From assembly GCA_002269645.1 (NCBI GenBank), contig NIVC01001111.1, positions 62,001 to 126,000 of the forward strand: a stretch of DNA of 64,000 nt, read 5' to 3'. This stretch comes from Macrostomum lignano. Taxonomy: Eukaryota. Shown here piece after piece: positions 17,491 to 40,531 of this stretch. The notes under the pieces are model-generated. The model saw nothing but the letters and a program-made list of their open reading frames with translations, did not search any database and was not told the origin of the DNA. The position numbers were made by a program, and so were the translations under genes. The number at the start of each line of letters is the position of its first letter. Position 1 is the stretch's first letter.

Positions 17491-18157
17491 TCTTTGGCAG
17501 CCCTAATTTATCCTAATTTTTATCGCGTCTCTTTTTCACCTTCCCACCAGCTTCCCCGCAGTCTCACTCTCTCCATCCATCCCCTCCATATGGCTGGGAT
17601 AATAATTGGGGCGTGAGGACAGAGGCGCAGGCAGGGGAGAAAGCACCGAGCGAGGCTTTGAATAGATAATGGGGAAGAGGATGTTGGCCACCAATCCTAA
17701 TCCCCATACTTGAGCCCGCCAGCTCGCGCCTGGTTCATTCCCTGCAATCATCAGTTCAATTAAGTGGGGAGGTCTGGCCGCCCATATGTCAGGCGTATAA
17801 GATAGGTGCTCACACTGTTGAGATGGAAAATCTGATCAGTCTCGTCCTCGGCAGGCAGTTTATTTGCTTATATTTCTTCACTGTCGCATGGGTCTGATTG
17901 GCACGGAGGCTGGATTTGTAGCCACGGCCACTCACTATGCTGCTACTTCGCTTGAAGAATCCCGAAGTCGTTGAGCTTCCTAAGAAACGCAGGAAAATAT
18001 CCATCATGAATGTATAATACCCATTGTACCTGTGCTCAGCGAGACCCAAGCACTTTTGGGACCGATTTCATCAGGGACTTTGGGGAATCATGTTTGGCGT
18101 TCATTATTTTACATTTTTGCGCACTAGTTGAACTCCAACCACATATCTTTCGCTTAA

Positions 18158-19274
18158 CAGTAGGAATACCAAGCCATTTTTCCGCCCGTCGAACTACCAA
18201 GAGGGGGGGGGAAATTTCCCCCCCCCTGACAATTTTTTTTGCTGCGCCGGAACGGAGCAACGCAGGCACACGAAATTCAAGAACACGGGCTAACTTTTTG
18301 TTGCGCACCTTCTCAAACAAGAATCAAGTCGCCAGCCCTTCGGACCGTCGAGATATTCGACGATTCTGCCAGAAGGTCGGATTTTTCCCATAAGTGCTAG
18401 TGTATTCAGTACACCCCTGTGCGCCAATTAGCACTGCGCCTCAGTGCAGCCTTGCCAAGTCTCCAAATTTCATCAGCACGTCGAACACATGTGTCTGCAT
18501 CAGTTCTGACTTCGTTGGTCACTAGCCTTCACCCAAGTGGAGCTGCTGGACCCTCAACAGCTGTGGCACCAGGTGACTATGGACACCCTGATGCGGATTT
18601 CTCTAGTTTCGCCGATCAAGCCTCGACAGTGGGCAAGAATCAACCGCCAGACATTCTCAGCTAGTCTCTCAAGCATTCCGTCATCATCCCGACGCCGTCG
18701 GCTCCTTCAACAGATTACACCAGGTGACTATGGACATCCTGTTGCAAATATGTCCGGTTTTTCTTATCAAGCTTCAATAATGAGCAAACCTCAACTGCTG
18801 GACATCCTCAGCTAGTCAGTCAAGCATTCAGCCATCACCCCGACGCCGTCGGCTCCTTCAACAGGTGGCACCAGGGGAGTAAGGACACCTGAGCGTGATT
18901 TTTCATCATGCTCTTAACATTTCTGAATCATTAAAAAATGAAAAAAACCGATTGAATTTACTGGCTTCTTAAAAGCATAACCCTTAACCCTGAAATTTGG
19001 AGACTTGGCAAGGCTGCACTGAGGCGCAGTGCTAATTGGCGCACAGGGGTGTACTGAATACACTAGCACTTATGGGAAAAATCCGACCTTCTGGCAGAAT
19101 CGTCGAATATCTCGACGGTCCGAAGGGCTGGCGACTTGATTCTTGTTTGAGAAGGTGCGCAACAAAAAGTTAGCCCGTGTTCTTGAATTTCGTGTGCCTG
19201 CGTTGCTCCGTTCCGGCGCAGCAAAAAAAATTGTCAGGGGGGGGGAATTCCCCCCCCTCTTGGTAGTTCTACTG
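18158..19274. mobile_element. Non-autonomous DNA transposon with ~280-bp near-perfect TIRs, flanked by TTAA
   Basis: Arms about 18190-18470 and 18990-19270 are reverse complements; outer ends TTAA|CAGTAG ... CTACTG|TTAA; internal ~180-bp direct duplication. Confidence 0.8.
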
Positions 19275-19898
19275 TTAATACACATTATTTATGAATCATT
19301 TGCGACAAGAAAGTCAATATATAAAATACTGTGAACCAGAACTCTTAAAAAAACGAAAATTAATTTCATAATTGTAAATAAATTTATTTATATCAGTAAT
19401 ATCAGTAGAAAAGTCGTCTCAGAACAGAAACCTCTTCATCAAGTCTCAGGGCCGCATCAATTACAGTAAGAAAACTTACTTTTAGTGCAAGTCCATATTT
19501 TCAAGTTTTTTTTAGATTTCGCATCGTCTCTAGCCAATATCTATAATCCCATTGGCTTTGCCTAGGGCGGCCAATCACGCATTGCGCCAGCATTGGTACC
19601 GTGACATTTCTCCTACACTTTAACCACCAGCTAAAAGACAGACGGCTCAAGCTCGTCAACTGGAGAGCCCAGACGCCAGCGAGCCACGATATTCTAGGAA
19701 AAAAACTTTCCACTAACAATCGCTGCTTAACGAACCCAGCGAGGATCTGCATTGAAATTTTCTGATTTTCAATTGGCAGGCCAGACTAATTTTTTAAATC
19801 AATAAACAGTAAAAAAACGTGTCCCAAATTTCAGGCAAGTGAAAGTTTTACTTGCATATTTTTTATATTACCGCTCGCACAGCTTCATAACACCATTT

Positions 19899-19958
<60 letters not shown>
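19899..19958. repeat. (AGTT)n microsatellite
   Basis: Directly visible. Confidence 0.95.
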
Positions 19959-19959
<1 letters not shown>

Positions 19960-19975
19960 CACACCCCGAGGACGG

Positions 19976-20518
19976 ACCACTGTAGTGTAACAGGACATAA
20001 AACTCAAAGAACGTGTAAATTTTTGAAGGCCGATTTCCTGGGAAAAAAATACACTGCGGAGATAGGAAAAAAGAAAAAAGTGAAAGTTTCCTACTACTGT
20101 TTTCTTTTTACTTCATAAACCCAAAGTGAATATTAGTAGGAATTAATATTCATTGGAATGGAATCATACCTACAATGATGGCTTAAGAGTACCTGGATGC
20201 AAAATTTATTACAAATATCCTGGATTCAATTAAGAAGGAACAAAACAAAAGGTTAAGCTAATGACAATTGCGAATATTTACAACTTGAGGCTTCTGTAAC
20301 AAAAATAAAACAATATTAAAATGAAACTTGCACTACACAGCTGTATAAAATACAACAGAGTAACATGTTGCGCATGCTAAATTGACAAAAAATGCAATCA
20401 TAGATTATGTGGTAAAAAAAAGGTTTTCTCCTATCTCCGCAGTGTATTCTTTCCAGGAAATCGGCCTCCAAAAAATTACACGATCTTTGAGTTTTGCGTC
20501 CCGTTACACTGCAGTGGT
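19976..20518. mobile_element. MITE with ~95-bp imperfect TIRs
   Basis: ACCACTGTAGTGTAAC...AATACACTGCGGAGATAGG versus CCTATCTCCGCAGTGTATT...GTTACACTGCAGTGGT. Confidence 0.7.
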
Positions 20519-21579
20519 GTTTGAGCCTGTTATGGAGTATGCCGAAAGAAATCCGCTAAGCTTAGTTTCGGATTTTCAGTCTTCATCCAGTGGAAATTAG
20601 CGGTTTTCAATTTGCCCGCAAGGTTTAGCCCCGGCAACAGCAAATAATAAAAGAACTCCGCCCTTGCCCGCTGGTGAAATTCCGCGAAATATTGCCGCTG
20701 ATTGAAAAATCGGGGGACAAGAAAAGAGCTTGGGGTACAGAGAGGAATGTCCGAGTCTCAACTGCTCTCCCGATTGACTGATGGGCTCCTGGAGGGTCGG
20801 GCAGGCGGTGTGACTTCAAGATGACTCAGAAAGAGCTGGAAGGCGGGCGAGATCCATGCCAAAGAAAATATGATCCTCCACATCTCAGCGCAGCTCAGCC
20901 CATAGCCACTGCAGTTCTGGCCCTCATTTATCCATTCTCATTGCTAGTCAAATGGGCCCCCCCGTGCTCGACTGCGCCAGAAAGTTCGCCGCATGCACCG
21001 GTTGGGGCGCACAAGTCGGGCCCGCTTCCTATGGGCACCAATTATTGCCCGAGGCCTTTCCTACAATTAGAACCGGCCATCTCCGCGATGCCCAGGGGCT
21101 GGCTGGCCTTGACCAGTTTTCAAGTCCGCGAATTTTTTTTCAAAAGTGTGAAGAAGAGAGACGAGCTTTCCCTATGCTCCTCCTCCCCGACTCCTCATTT
21201 CCACCCGGCAACAGCTCGGCCAGAAATTTATGCGCCGCCCCCCCTCAGAAAATGCACTAATTCTCCTTCGTCTCCTTGGCTGCTTTTTGTTCGGCAGTGG
21301 GCTGACTTTTCAACTGGAGTTCCTTAAATCAAAATTAGCCTGGGGCTCGGCTGCACAGTTCAAATGACAGCCATTGCGGAGATGCCAGACTCCGACAGTC
21401 TCATCCAGGACAGCCGCTTCCTTCTTAGTCCTCTAAAAAGGCCATGGCCAAATTATGAAGCTATTATCTAGTCTGAGACGTTCTGTCCGGAATTAGGTTT
21501 TAATTTTAATTGAAAGTATGTTGGGTACTAACTAGCTCTGAGTTGGGAGGGCAGACGGCCTCAAATCTTACATCACATT

Positions 21580-21992
21580 AGCTACTTCAGTAGGTGGGAC
21601 ACCCAGCACATTAGCCAATTGAGTAGGAGGGGACACCCAGTACATTAGCTAATTGAGTAGGAGGGGACACCCAGTACATTAGCTACATGAGTAATAGGGG
21701 ACACCCAGCACATTAGCTACTTCAGTAGGTGGGACACCCAGCACATTAGCTAATTGAATAGGAGGGACACCCAACACATTAGCTACGTGAATAGGAGGGG
21801 ACACCCAGCACATTAGCTACGTGAGTAGGAGAGGACACCCAGCACATTAGCTAATTGAGTAGGAGGGGACACCCAACACATTAGCTACGTGAGTAGGAGG
21901 GACACCCAACACATTAGCTACTTGAGTAGGGGACACCTAGCACATTAGCTACATAAGTAGGAGAGGAGGCCCAGCACATTAGCTACTTGAGT
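21580..21992. repeat. ~37-38-bp minisatellite upstream of the K2P gene
   Basis: GGGACACCCAGCACATTAGCTACGTGAGTAGGAG, about 11 copies. Confidence 0.9.
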
Positions 21993-22070
21993 ATTCCTAC
22001 CCATACTACTATAAATAATCCTGCAATGTCAAGTCTCAGGTGCTCAAGTAGAGTCAAACTATCTCCCTAA

Positions 22071-31906
<9,836 letters not shown>

Positions 31907-32696
31907 CCTGTTAATATAAACTAGAGCACACTGAATTTTGAGGAATTTTTGTCGCGAGAACGGAAGCCCCAGGCTTGCTCACAACGCATTAAGAGTGTGT
32001 TTTGCTTTGAGAGAAAATGGGAGATTTTCCTGTCTGAATATCTTTTAAAAGAGCGCAATCCGCAAGCTTAGCCGTGTTTTCGCTGGCAAGCAGCTTGATG
32101 CAGCCAGCTTCTAGCAGCAGCTGCCGCCCCCCTCTGAAGCTGCCGCCCCCCTCTGTAGCTGGGGCCCCCTCTGTAGCTGGGGCTCCCTCTGTAGCTGGGG
32201 CCCCCTCTGTAGCTGGCGCCTGTTCCCCAATAGCTGCATGGTGCCCCTTAGAAAATTCGGGGCAAGGCGGGAGTTGGCGGGGTAAACCTCGGAGCCCCAC
32301 CAAAAACCTCTAAGACCAGAACAACTTTACAACTGCACTCGCATAGAAATAAAGCAATATTTGCCAATCAAACTAAAATGCAAGCTGCCACCTCGAAGCA
32401 ACTTCACAGAGCTGTCGCTTGAACTTAACCACTTTGGATTGGATGTGTCCGATATTTCCGTTATCTGCAGTCGAACCCAATAAGGAGGCCAGTTAAATGT
32501 GCAAATTAGTATTAACTGTGTGAAACAGTCGTACTCTTAGTCTCACGCACTACCGAAGCGCAGTATTTCATGCCAGCTAAGTTCAATAGCATGTATATGT
32601 CATTTCAATTCAAAATAAATAAGCCATATTTGCCTTTCATTCTGAACTAGATGAAGCTGACCCTTCATATTTTATTTATTTTACAGTAGTAGTACC

Positions 32697-33681
32697 TAGG
32701 GATTAAAAAAGCCCGGTCTTTTGTCAATCCCGGGATTATCAATCCCGGTAAATCCCGAGTATTTGTAATTCCAGGATCCCGAAGAATTCTTCTCAATCCC
32801 GGGATCTCGGAGTACTCGTAGAATTCAAGACCGCAGTAGAGATTTAACAATTACCAACTGCATTAAACCAGAAAAAGATTTCATGAGCTATCTGTACTTG
32901 TTGAAATTATTGTAACGTTCTACCTTTCTTGTGTACTTAATTAACCTGTAGATTTCTTTGTACAGCTACATGCTGCCGCAACAAGTCCACCAATTTATTC
33001 TAAAAAGTAACAATAACAAAAGTTCTATAAATCGATATTAATCGATTATCGATTATCGATTAATCGATATTAATAGAGAATAGGAGGTTGAGACTAAGAC
33101 TCAAGAGGTCTGACAAGAAAGAAAGATTGCTAGAGAGAGCAGAGAGAAAGGGAGGAGTAGGAGAGAAGAAAGAGGAGAGGAGAGAGAAGAGAGAGGTGAG
33201 GAGAAAGAACTTGAAGAAGAGAAAGAGGAGAGGACACAGAACAATAGGATTTTGCTAAAGGGCTAAATGGCAACGTTAGTCAAATACTTTTGCTCATAAT
33301 CGTACTGCAGCTCAGAATTAGGAACAAAAAGTCAAGGGCATTTAGAAGAGATGGAACGAGTATTCGGTATTCGGAAAAAGTATGAATCATAAAATAAAGT
33401 CTAAAAAATAATCACATGGAAGATGGAATATTTTGTATGGTAAAGTTGCTACATAGAAAGTGATAAAAAATTATGAAAATTTAGTTTTTTTATTCTTTCG
33501 TTTTCTTAAGAACTTAAGTTCTCCTCAATCCCGAAAAATCCCAGGATTCATAGATCTTTACCACGGGCTCCCGAATCCCGGCAATTTGTAATCCCGGAAC
33601 GGAACTATCAATCCCGACTAATTTTAATCCCGGGATTCGAATCCCGGAATTTGGCCCCTAATCCCGGGATTGCAAACCCTA
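32697..33681. mobile_element. Non-autonomous hAT element, 985 bp
   Basis: Ends TAGGGATT / AAACCCTA; perfect 8-bp TSD GTAGTACC; subterminal ATCCCGG repeats at both ends. Confidence 0.85.
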
Positions 33682-34197
33682 GTAGTACCCCTAACACAAC
33701 GGTGTCCAGAGAAGCCTATACCAATTCAACTGACTGCTTACCAGTCCTACCTGATCGGCACTCCAAGGCTGCACTGCGTATCGAAGAGGAGAGACCATCT
33801 GTAAATTTTATCTGGTCGAAAACCGTATTGGATTCCAGAAATGGGCCCAGGCTATACTGTATAGCCCCTTGAAGATAAGGCAGCGCCTGCGTACTCTCCC
33901 ACCGTTCTGTCCATTCCTTCTACCCCCGGCAATGTACATGCTGTCCGCCTAAGGCATTATCGATCCGTTTTCATACCACCGCCTCTCTCCCCTCCTCACC
34001 CCTGCCCTGCCTTGTTGACTCTTGTTATCTGCCCCGCTGCCGCCAACCCCCTTCCTCTGCTCTAGGCGGGAGTACGACAATTAAAGGATCAAAAATGCTG
34101 GAGGTCCCGAATTTAATTTTTTAATTTTTGTTTTAACTTTTTTACGCTTACGAGTTGTTTGATCAAAGAGCAAGCTATTTCAGCTCATGGTTCAGTT

Positions 34198-34979
34198 TAG
34201 GGATGTCGATTCCCCGGGGAATTTTTTATCGGGGACCCGGGGAATTTACTGTCATTCCCCGGGGAAAAGAAAAAATAAGTAAAAAACGGCGGATAACTTA
34301 GATCTTAAGTGGAATTTTTTACTTTGATTTAAGCTTTAGACTACATGTTCAAGGCGCAAGGTTAAAAACTTAAACAATGTTTATTTAAAACTGTATTTGA
34401 CAACGTGGCAGCACCAAATCGTGCGCGCACCAGAAAGAGTCCAGACTCTGGAGGCGGAAAATGCATGCTTAGGAGGATAATTAATGAATGAGACTACTAT
34501 TTTTATAATCGGAATTTTTATTTCTGCGATAAATCACCATTTTGTCCTTTTCTAATACGGAGTATTTTGTTATTGTATGACACCCCCTATGCGTCAGTGA
34601 CTGACGCAGGAAGCAGCGCTGTGCCTGCGTCAAATGCGTCAAGCCGTCAACGCAGACCAACACAATAGTCAGTAAGGCTTCTTTTTCCTGACGGGTTTCT
34701 ACGTGCAATTTGCTTGATTGAAAGACTAATAGTGAGAAAACATTTAAACGTGTGTTGTTTGAAATAATACATTGAAATAAGCAGTTTTGCGGTAAAAAAA
34801 GCATAGACAGAATTTTCAATCAGCTTTCTGTAAATGATTTTCTTATTTAAATGGCAAAAAAGTTAATAATGCATTTTTAAAATATTTTTCCCCCCGGGGT
34901 CCCCGGTTCTATTCCCCGAAAAGCTCCCCGGGGTCCCCGGTTCTATTCCCCGAAAAGCTCCCCGGGGTCGACATCCCTA
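34198..34979. mobile_element. Non-autonomous hAT element, 782 bp
   Basis: 12-bp TIR TAGGGATGTCGA / TCGACATCCCTA; TSD GTTCAGTT/GTTCGGTT; CCCCGGGG subterminal repeats. Confidence 0.85.
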
Positions 34980-35812
34980 GTTCGGTTCTTTTCGGCTGTA
35001 TGAGTGCGCACTGCATACATTTCTTATTGGTTGTTTCTATCTGTATGCCTCCGTACTTTCAGTTATTGTTTCATAGTTCAATTAATTCTTTTACATTTTT
35101 AATGTTTTGTAGCTCGTACGTATAGGCCATTGTTTCAGATTTCGATCTCTACAGACAATAAATCACTACGCAAACTTTGGCGGGCACTGCTCGCCCAATC
35201 GCTGGCTTCGCGTCGACTGTCGCATTGAGAAGTACACCAGTAACTTTCTTTACTACTCAACACCGCACAAGTAAGTAGTAATTAGTAAAGAAATTGACAA
35301 TAAAGTCCAAAAGCCTAATTAAATTATCCGATTGACAGGTGTTTAAAAACTGTAGCCAAATGATCAGCAAACGTTTTATTAATTTAGTTTTTGACAGACA
35401 CAAAACAATGGGAGAGGCCGAGCTTAAACTTCAACGTAAATTCAGACAAAGTTAAACAATAGCTTTAATAATAAATCAATGAAACAACTCATTAGATCTA
35501 GTTCAATGTGGAATCGCTCTTGGGTGAGTGAGGGGATACCATTATGCATTTATAACCGCAAACCAGAGAGACAGAGAGAGAGAGGACAAACAACAGATAT
35601 TGGTATACTATGACGAAAAAAGCATTAAAACAAATATAAGCATTGCCAAACCTATTCTTTTTTACTTTCAAAGCGGGCAAACTTATTTATTGTTATAGTT
35701 TATAGCCCGCAGCACACTACTAACAGTAAACAGTTGAAACAGTAGTAATTTATTAAGGACTGCTAAATCTAGTCAGCCAGTCTGGATTAAACTAAGTCAG
35801 CCTCAGCTCGGA

Positions 35813-38800
35813 TCAAACCACCCTGAAGTTATCGGCGACCAGACGGCAATCTACTGAGAATTTTACAGGCGAATCGCCTTCAAGCCGAACCACTTTGTCA
35901 ACATCGATGCCAACTAAACTCTGCTGCGACGTGAACATCACGCCGACAGGGAAGAAGCTGTCCTCGCTGGCACCGCCGCCGCCAACCAGCAAGTCCAAAT
36001 TGCCTGTAGGATTCTCCTCCGGGTCAATGAGCGGCAGCGACCATTCCAACAGACTCTTGCGGGCATCTACGCGGTAGTCCCCGTCGCACTGGTTCACCTG
36101 GGTGGGAGACAGTGGCGGCACATCAATGACACTGGCGAGGGTCTGTGGCGGGACATCAATGACACTGGGAAGGGACAGTGGCGGCACATCAAAGACACTG
36201 GGAAGGGACAGTGGCGGGACATCAAAGACACTGGGGAGGGTCTGTGGCGGGACATCAAAAACACTGGGAAGGGACAGTGGCGGAACATCAAAGACACTGG
36301 GAAGGGACAGTGGCGGCACATCAAAGACACTGGCGAGGGTCTGTGGCGGAACATCAAAGACACTGAGGAACAGTGGCGGCACATCCAAGACACTTAAGTT
36401 GGACAGTGGCGGCACATCAAAGACACTGGGGAGGGACAGTGGCGGCACATCAAAGACGCTGGGGAGGGAAAGTTGCGGAACATCAAAGACGCTTGAGGGA
36501 CAGTGGCGGCACATCAAAGACGCTGGAGGGGGGACAGTGGCGGCACATCAAAGACACTGGAGGGGGGACAGTGGCGGCACATCAAAGACACTAGGAAGGG
36601 ACAGTGGCGGCACATTAAAGACATTGGGGAGGGACAGTGGCGGCACATCAAAGACACTGGGGAGGGACAGTGGCGGCACATTAAAAGATACTGAGGAGGG
36701 ACAGTGGCGGCACATCAAAGACACTGGAGGGGGGACAGTGGCGGCACATCAAAGACACTGGAGGGGGGACAGTGGCGGCACATCAAAGACACTCGGTAGG
36801 GACAGTAGCGGCACATCAAAGACACTGGAGGGGGGACAGTGGCGGCACATCAAAGACACTGGAGGGGGGACAGTGGCGGCACATCAAAGACACTGGGGAG
36901 GGACAGTGGCGGCACATCAAAGACACTCGGTAGGGACAGTAGCGGCACATCAAAGACACTGGAGGGGGGACAGTGGCGGCACATCAAAGACACTCGGTAG
37001 GGACAGTAGCGGCACATCAAAGACACTCGGTAGGGACAGTAGCGGCACATCAAAGACACTGGAGGGGGGACAGTGGCGGCACATCAAAGACACTGGAGGG
37101 GGGACAGTGGCGGCACATCAAAGACACTGGGGAGGGACAGTGGCGGCACATCAAAGACACTCGGTAGGGACAGTAGCGGCACATCAAAGACACTGGAGGG
37201 GGGACAGTGGCGGCACATCAAAGACACTGGAGGGGGGACAGTGGCGGCACATCAAAGACACTCGGTAGGGACAGTAGCGGCACATCAAAGACACTGGAGG
37301 GGGGACAGTGGCGGCACATCAAAGACACTGGAGGGGGGACAGTGGCGGCACATCAAAGACACTGGAGGGGGGACAGTGGCGGCACATTAAAGACATTGGG
37401 GAGGGACAGTGGCGGCACATCAAAGACACTGGGGAGGGACAGTGACGGCACATCAAAGACACTGGAGGGGGGACAGTGGCGGCACATCAAAGACACTGGA
37501 GGGGGGACAGTGGCGGCACATTAAAGACATTGGGGAGGGACAGTGGCGGCACATCAAAGACACTGGGGAGGGACAGTGACGGCACATCAAAGATACTGAG
37601 GAGGGACAGTGGCGGCACATCAAAGACACTGGGAATTAACCGATCAAGTAAAATATTTGATCAGCGATGGGTATACCTTGGTCTGCGCGCCCTGCGGCAG
37701 GGGAATGCTGATCAGAACATTCTCCAACCGAGGCGTGCCAGGAATCAGCTCGTACTCCACCGTCACCTCGTAGCTGCCAGACGGCGCCTGATTCGGCCAG
37801 CAGTTGATAGTCAGTGGCAGCAGGGCTTCGTCGTCGCCAGCCATGCGCCATTTGACAACGTTGGCCTCCTGGTTGACTGGGAAGCCGCGGCCTGTAATGA
37901 TGGGGATCGGGACCAATCGATTTTAATTGTTTAACATCACACTGTAATAACTACTGAAAAGTACTAATGAGTAAGTATTGCGCATATAATCCTGTTTATA
38001 TTGTATATGTATACATGCCAATTGTCTCGCAAATTTTAAATATTTATATATTTGTGTATATACGAGGTCCTCTTGATTTCATCAGATCTTTATTCTACCA
38101 ATACAAGATTAACGTTAACGCAGAGGTCCACTGCTGCCATTTTTTAAACTTAAAAATCTATAACTTCTCACTTTTGTCTGACAAATGGGATTGTCCATCT
38201 GGCTGCCTGTCTGCCTGCCTTAGTTTCAGTCAGTCAGTCTGTCTGTCTGTCTGTCTGTCTTTCTTTCTGTATGTCGGCTTGCTTGAATCCTGTCTCTTTC
38301 TGTCTGCCTGTCAGTAAGTCTGTAAAGGCTGCAAAGGGAAAACACTCACCAGCCGCCTTCATCTGAATCCAGCTGTTAGTCTGGAACACTTTCTTATCAA
38401 TATTTGGGTGAGTCTGCACTTGCACAGCTCTGGCCCTCGGCCCGCTAGCCTGCACCAGGTGCAGCCGAACAGCGTCCTCATTAGCGCAGGTGATGTGCAG
38501 CAGTCCAGTTAGTTCAAGATTGCTCACACCGCCGCCGCGACCGGCCTCGCAGTTGAATTTCTCCTCCAGGCGAAGGTGGACAGCCTCTCGTTGAGCAGCG
38601 GGCATCGCGGCCGCTGCAGCCGCTGCGGCGGAACTGCCTGCCCTGCCGGCGCCGAGGCCGCCAGCTGGTGTGTCCACCAACTATTTTTTTTAAAAGGAAA
38701 AAATTAAAATACATGTAGAACACATGTAAAGGAAACATGAATTAACATTTACAGGATAATTAGTGTATTCGAAGCTGCAACAATCGCCACTGGCTGTTTA

Positions 38801-40531
38801 CCAAGCAGAACAATCAAATTAGCATCTTCTCCCCGTTTGAAGCTGCACCCAAATCCAGTGCGTGTGCACAGCGAGCAAGAGAGACCTGGCACCCCAGCCC
38901 GATAAACAGTTTGGCTTTCCTCTTGCCTGCTTGTGTCTGACTTTGACCTCTCTCCTTACTGTTCTCTTATTGGTTGAGCTAGATTGGGCCTGGCCCCAGA
39001 CTAAGTTTCGTTTGACTTTGAACTCTCTCCTTACTGCTCTCTCATTGGCTGAGCCAGATTGGGCCTACCCCCTAGGGTGAGTTTTGTCCGTCTGACTTTG
39101 ACCTCTCTCCTTACTGCTCTCTCATTGGCTGAGCTAGATTGGCCGGCCTCTTGGGCTGTTTCCTCCGTCTTGCGTTCACTTGTGTACACCGAGTTAAATG
39201 CTTGATGTTGATTCTCAACCCTATAGGCTCCTGAGGCCGCAAACTCAGAGGAAGGAAAGGAAATGTTAGCTGTCACATTAAACTGAAGTGATAATGCGCA
39301 GACAAACTACTAAAAAAGAATAGAAGCTCCACTATTTCACAACTTTAATTGCAAGTGACACATTCAGTTGTTATATCATCTGTAAACAAATCTAGTGAAT
39401 TATTAGTCTGATTGCAGCAAGGCAGACTATATCGCTGAAGGACAGCATCTTCTTTTAGCGATATAGCCTGCTGACACACGCGTTTTTGAAATTCTTTCAA
39501 CTATCATTGCGCAACTTTTTTAACACACTGTAAAATATTCTTATAACATTCCATTATAGCTACTCGTTAGTAGGAGATTTCTAATAAGCCTGACCGGAGC
39601 AGGATGAACTGTAGCTTAACTTGATTTTGCTTTAAAGGTGAGTGGCTGTGACGCAACACGCAAGCCGATAATTAAGCTGCATACTAACCGCGACCAACTC
39701 TGCTTAACTGGGTGACTGCTAACTAAAAATTAAACACAAATAAGAAAATATGCAACAAACCTGTTCGCCTTCCTCCTTGAGCTGATCAACAAAATAGTCC
39801 ACCTGCTTGGCTCGGCTGCCCAATTTCATTGCCTTGCCGCCGCCAGCCGCCTGGGCAGCCGGCCTGGCCCGATTCGGCTCCGGCATCGTCGACGTCAGCG
39901 TCGGCGTCGTGTCGACGTATCCTCCGCCGCCGACTCCGCTGCCGCCGCCCATGCCACCGCCGCCGCCGAAAGCGGCCATCCGACCACCGCCGCCGCCGCC
40001 ACCAGCCCGGCGCATCTCCTTGTTCTTCAGCGTGAGCTCCTTAGCCTTCGCCCGCATAGCGGCTTTGGCCTCCTTCTCCTGAGCAACCCGAACTGCCAGG
40101 AACACTTTCTCTTCGTGCGAGTCCATCTCAGTGAAGGTCTTAATCTGGGCCAGATTGACGCTCTCCCGATAGCCCAGAGCGACAATTTCGTCGAATGCAA
40201 ATATCAGCTGGAAGGCGTTGTCCAGCAGATCTTTCTCCTCCATACCGGACGAGTATTCGGGAATTACTCTGGCGAATAGGCGAAGAGTCTCCAGATCCTC
40301 CAGTATGTTGCTAGCCTTAGTGGTTAAAAGCAATACGTAGAGCTTCTCCAATGGCTGATAGACGTAGCGCACGCTCTCAGTCTCGATGAAAGTGTGCTGC
40401 TTGTCTGTTGACATCAGCTTGGGGAAGGCGGCTAGCAGGCCTTCAATGCGGGAGCGCGTCATCTCCACGAACTGGCGGGAGATGAGCGTCTTGCCCGACT
40501 TGTTGCACACGGCGGCGGCTAGGAGCACCAT
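35813..40531 (-). CDS. ARCN1: Coatomer subunit delta (archain), 533 aa; exons 40531-39761, 38680-38350, 37891-37677, 36097-35813
   Basis: MVLLAAAVCNKSGKTLISRQFVEMTRSRIEGLL longin domain plus MHD (THPNIDK, FPVN..V.KWR, INCWP); GT-AG introns, phases consistent (1602 nt). Confidence 0.96.
36105..37632. repeat. 32-33-bp minisatellite filling delta-COP intron 3, about 45 copies
   Basis: GGGACAGTGGCGGCACATCAAAGACACTGGAGG. Confidence 0.96.
38935..39145. repeat. ~75-80-bp repeat, 3 copies
   Basis: TGACTTTGACCTCTCTCCTTACTG..ATTGG.TGAGC.AGATTGG at 38937, 39012, 39092. Confidence 0.85.

Noticed and set aside
16118-17616. Long ORFs (300-475 aa) in several frames
   Set aside because: Periodic translations of a stop-free 33-bp minisatellite. 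The same applies to ORFs at 12264-12917, 22347-23203, 26556-27617, 29021-29960, 36102-37524, 44383-45404, 48431-49281, 51504-52455 and 53558-55035.
20821-21327. 168-aa plus-strand ORF
   Set aside because: No recognisable motif, no splice context and non-coding-like composition; the same holds for 43959-44288 and 52950-53532.
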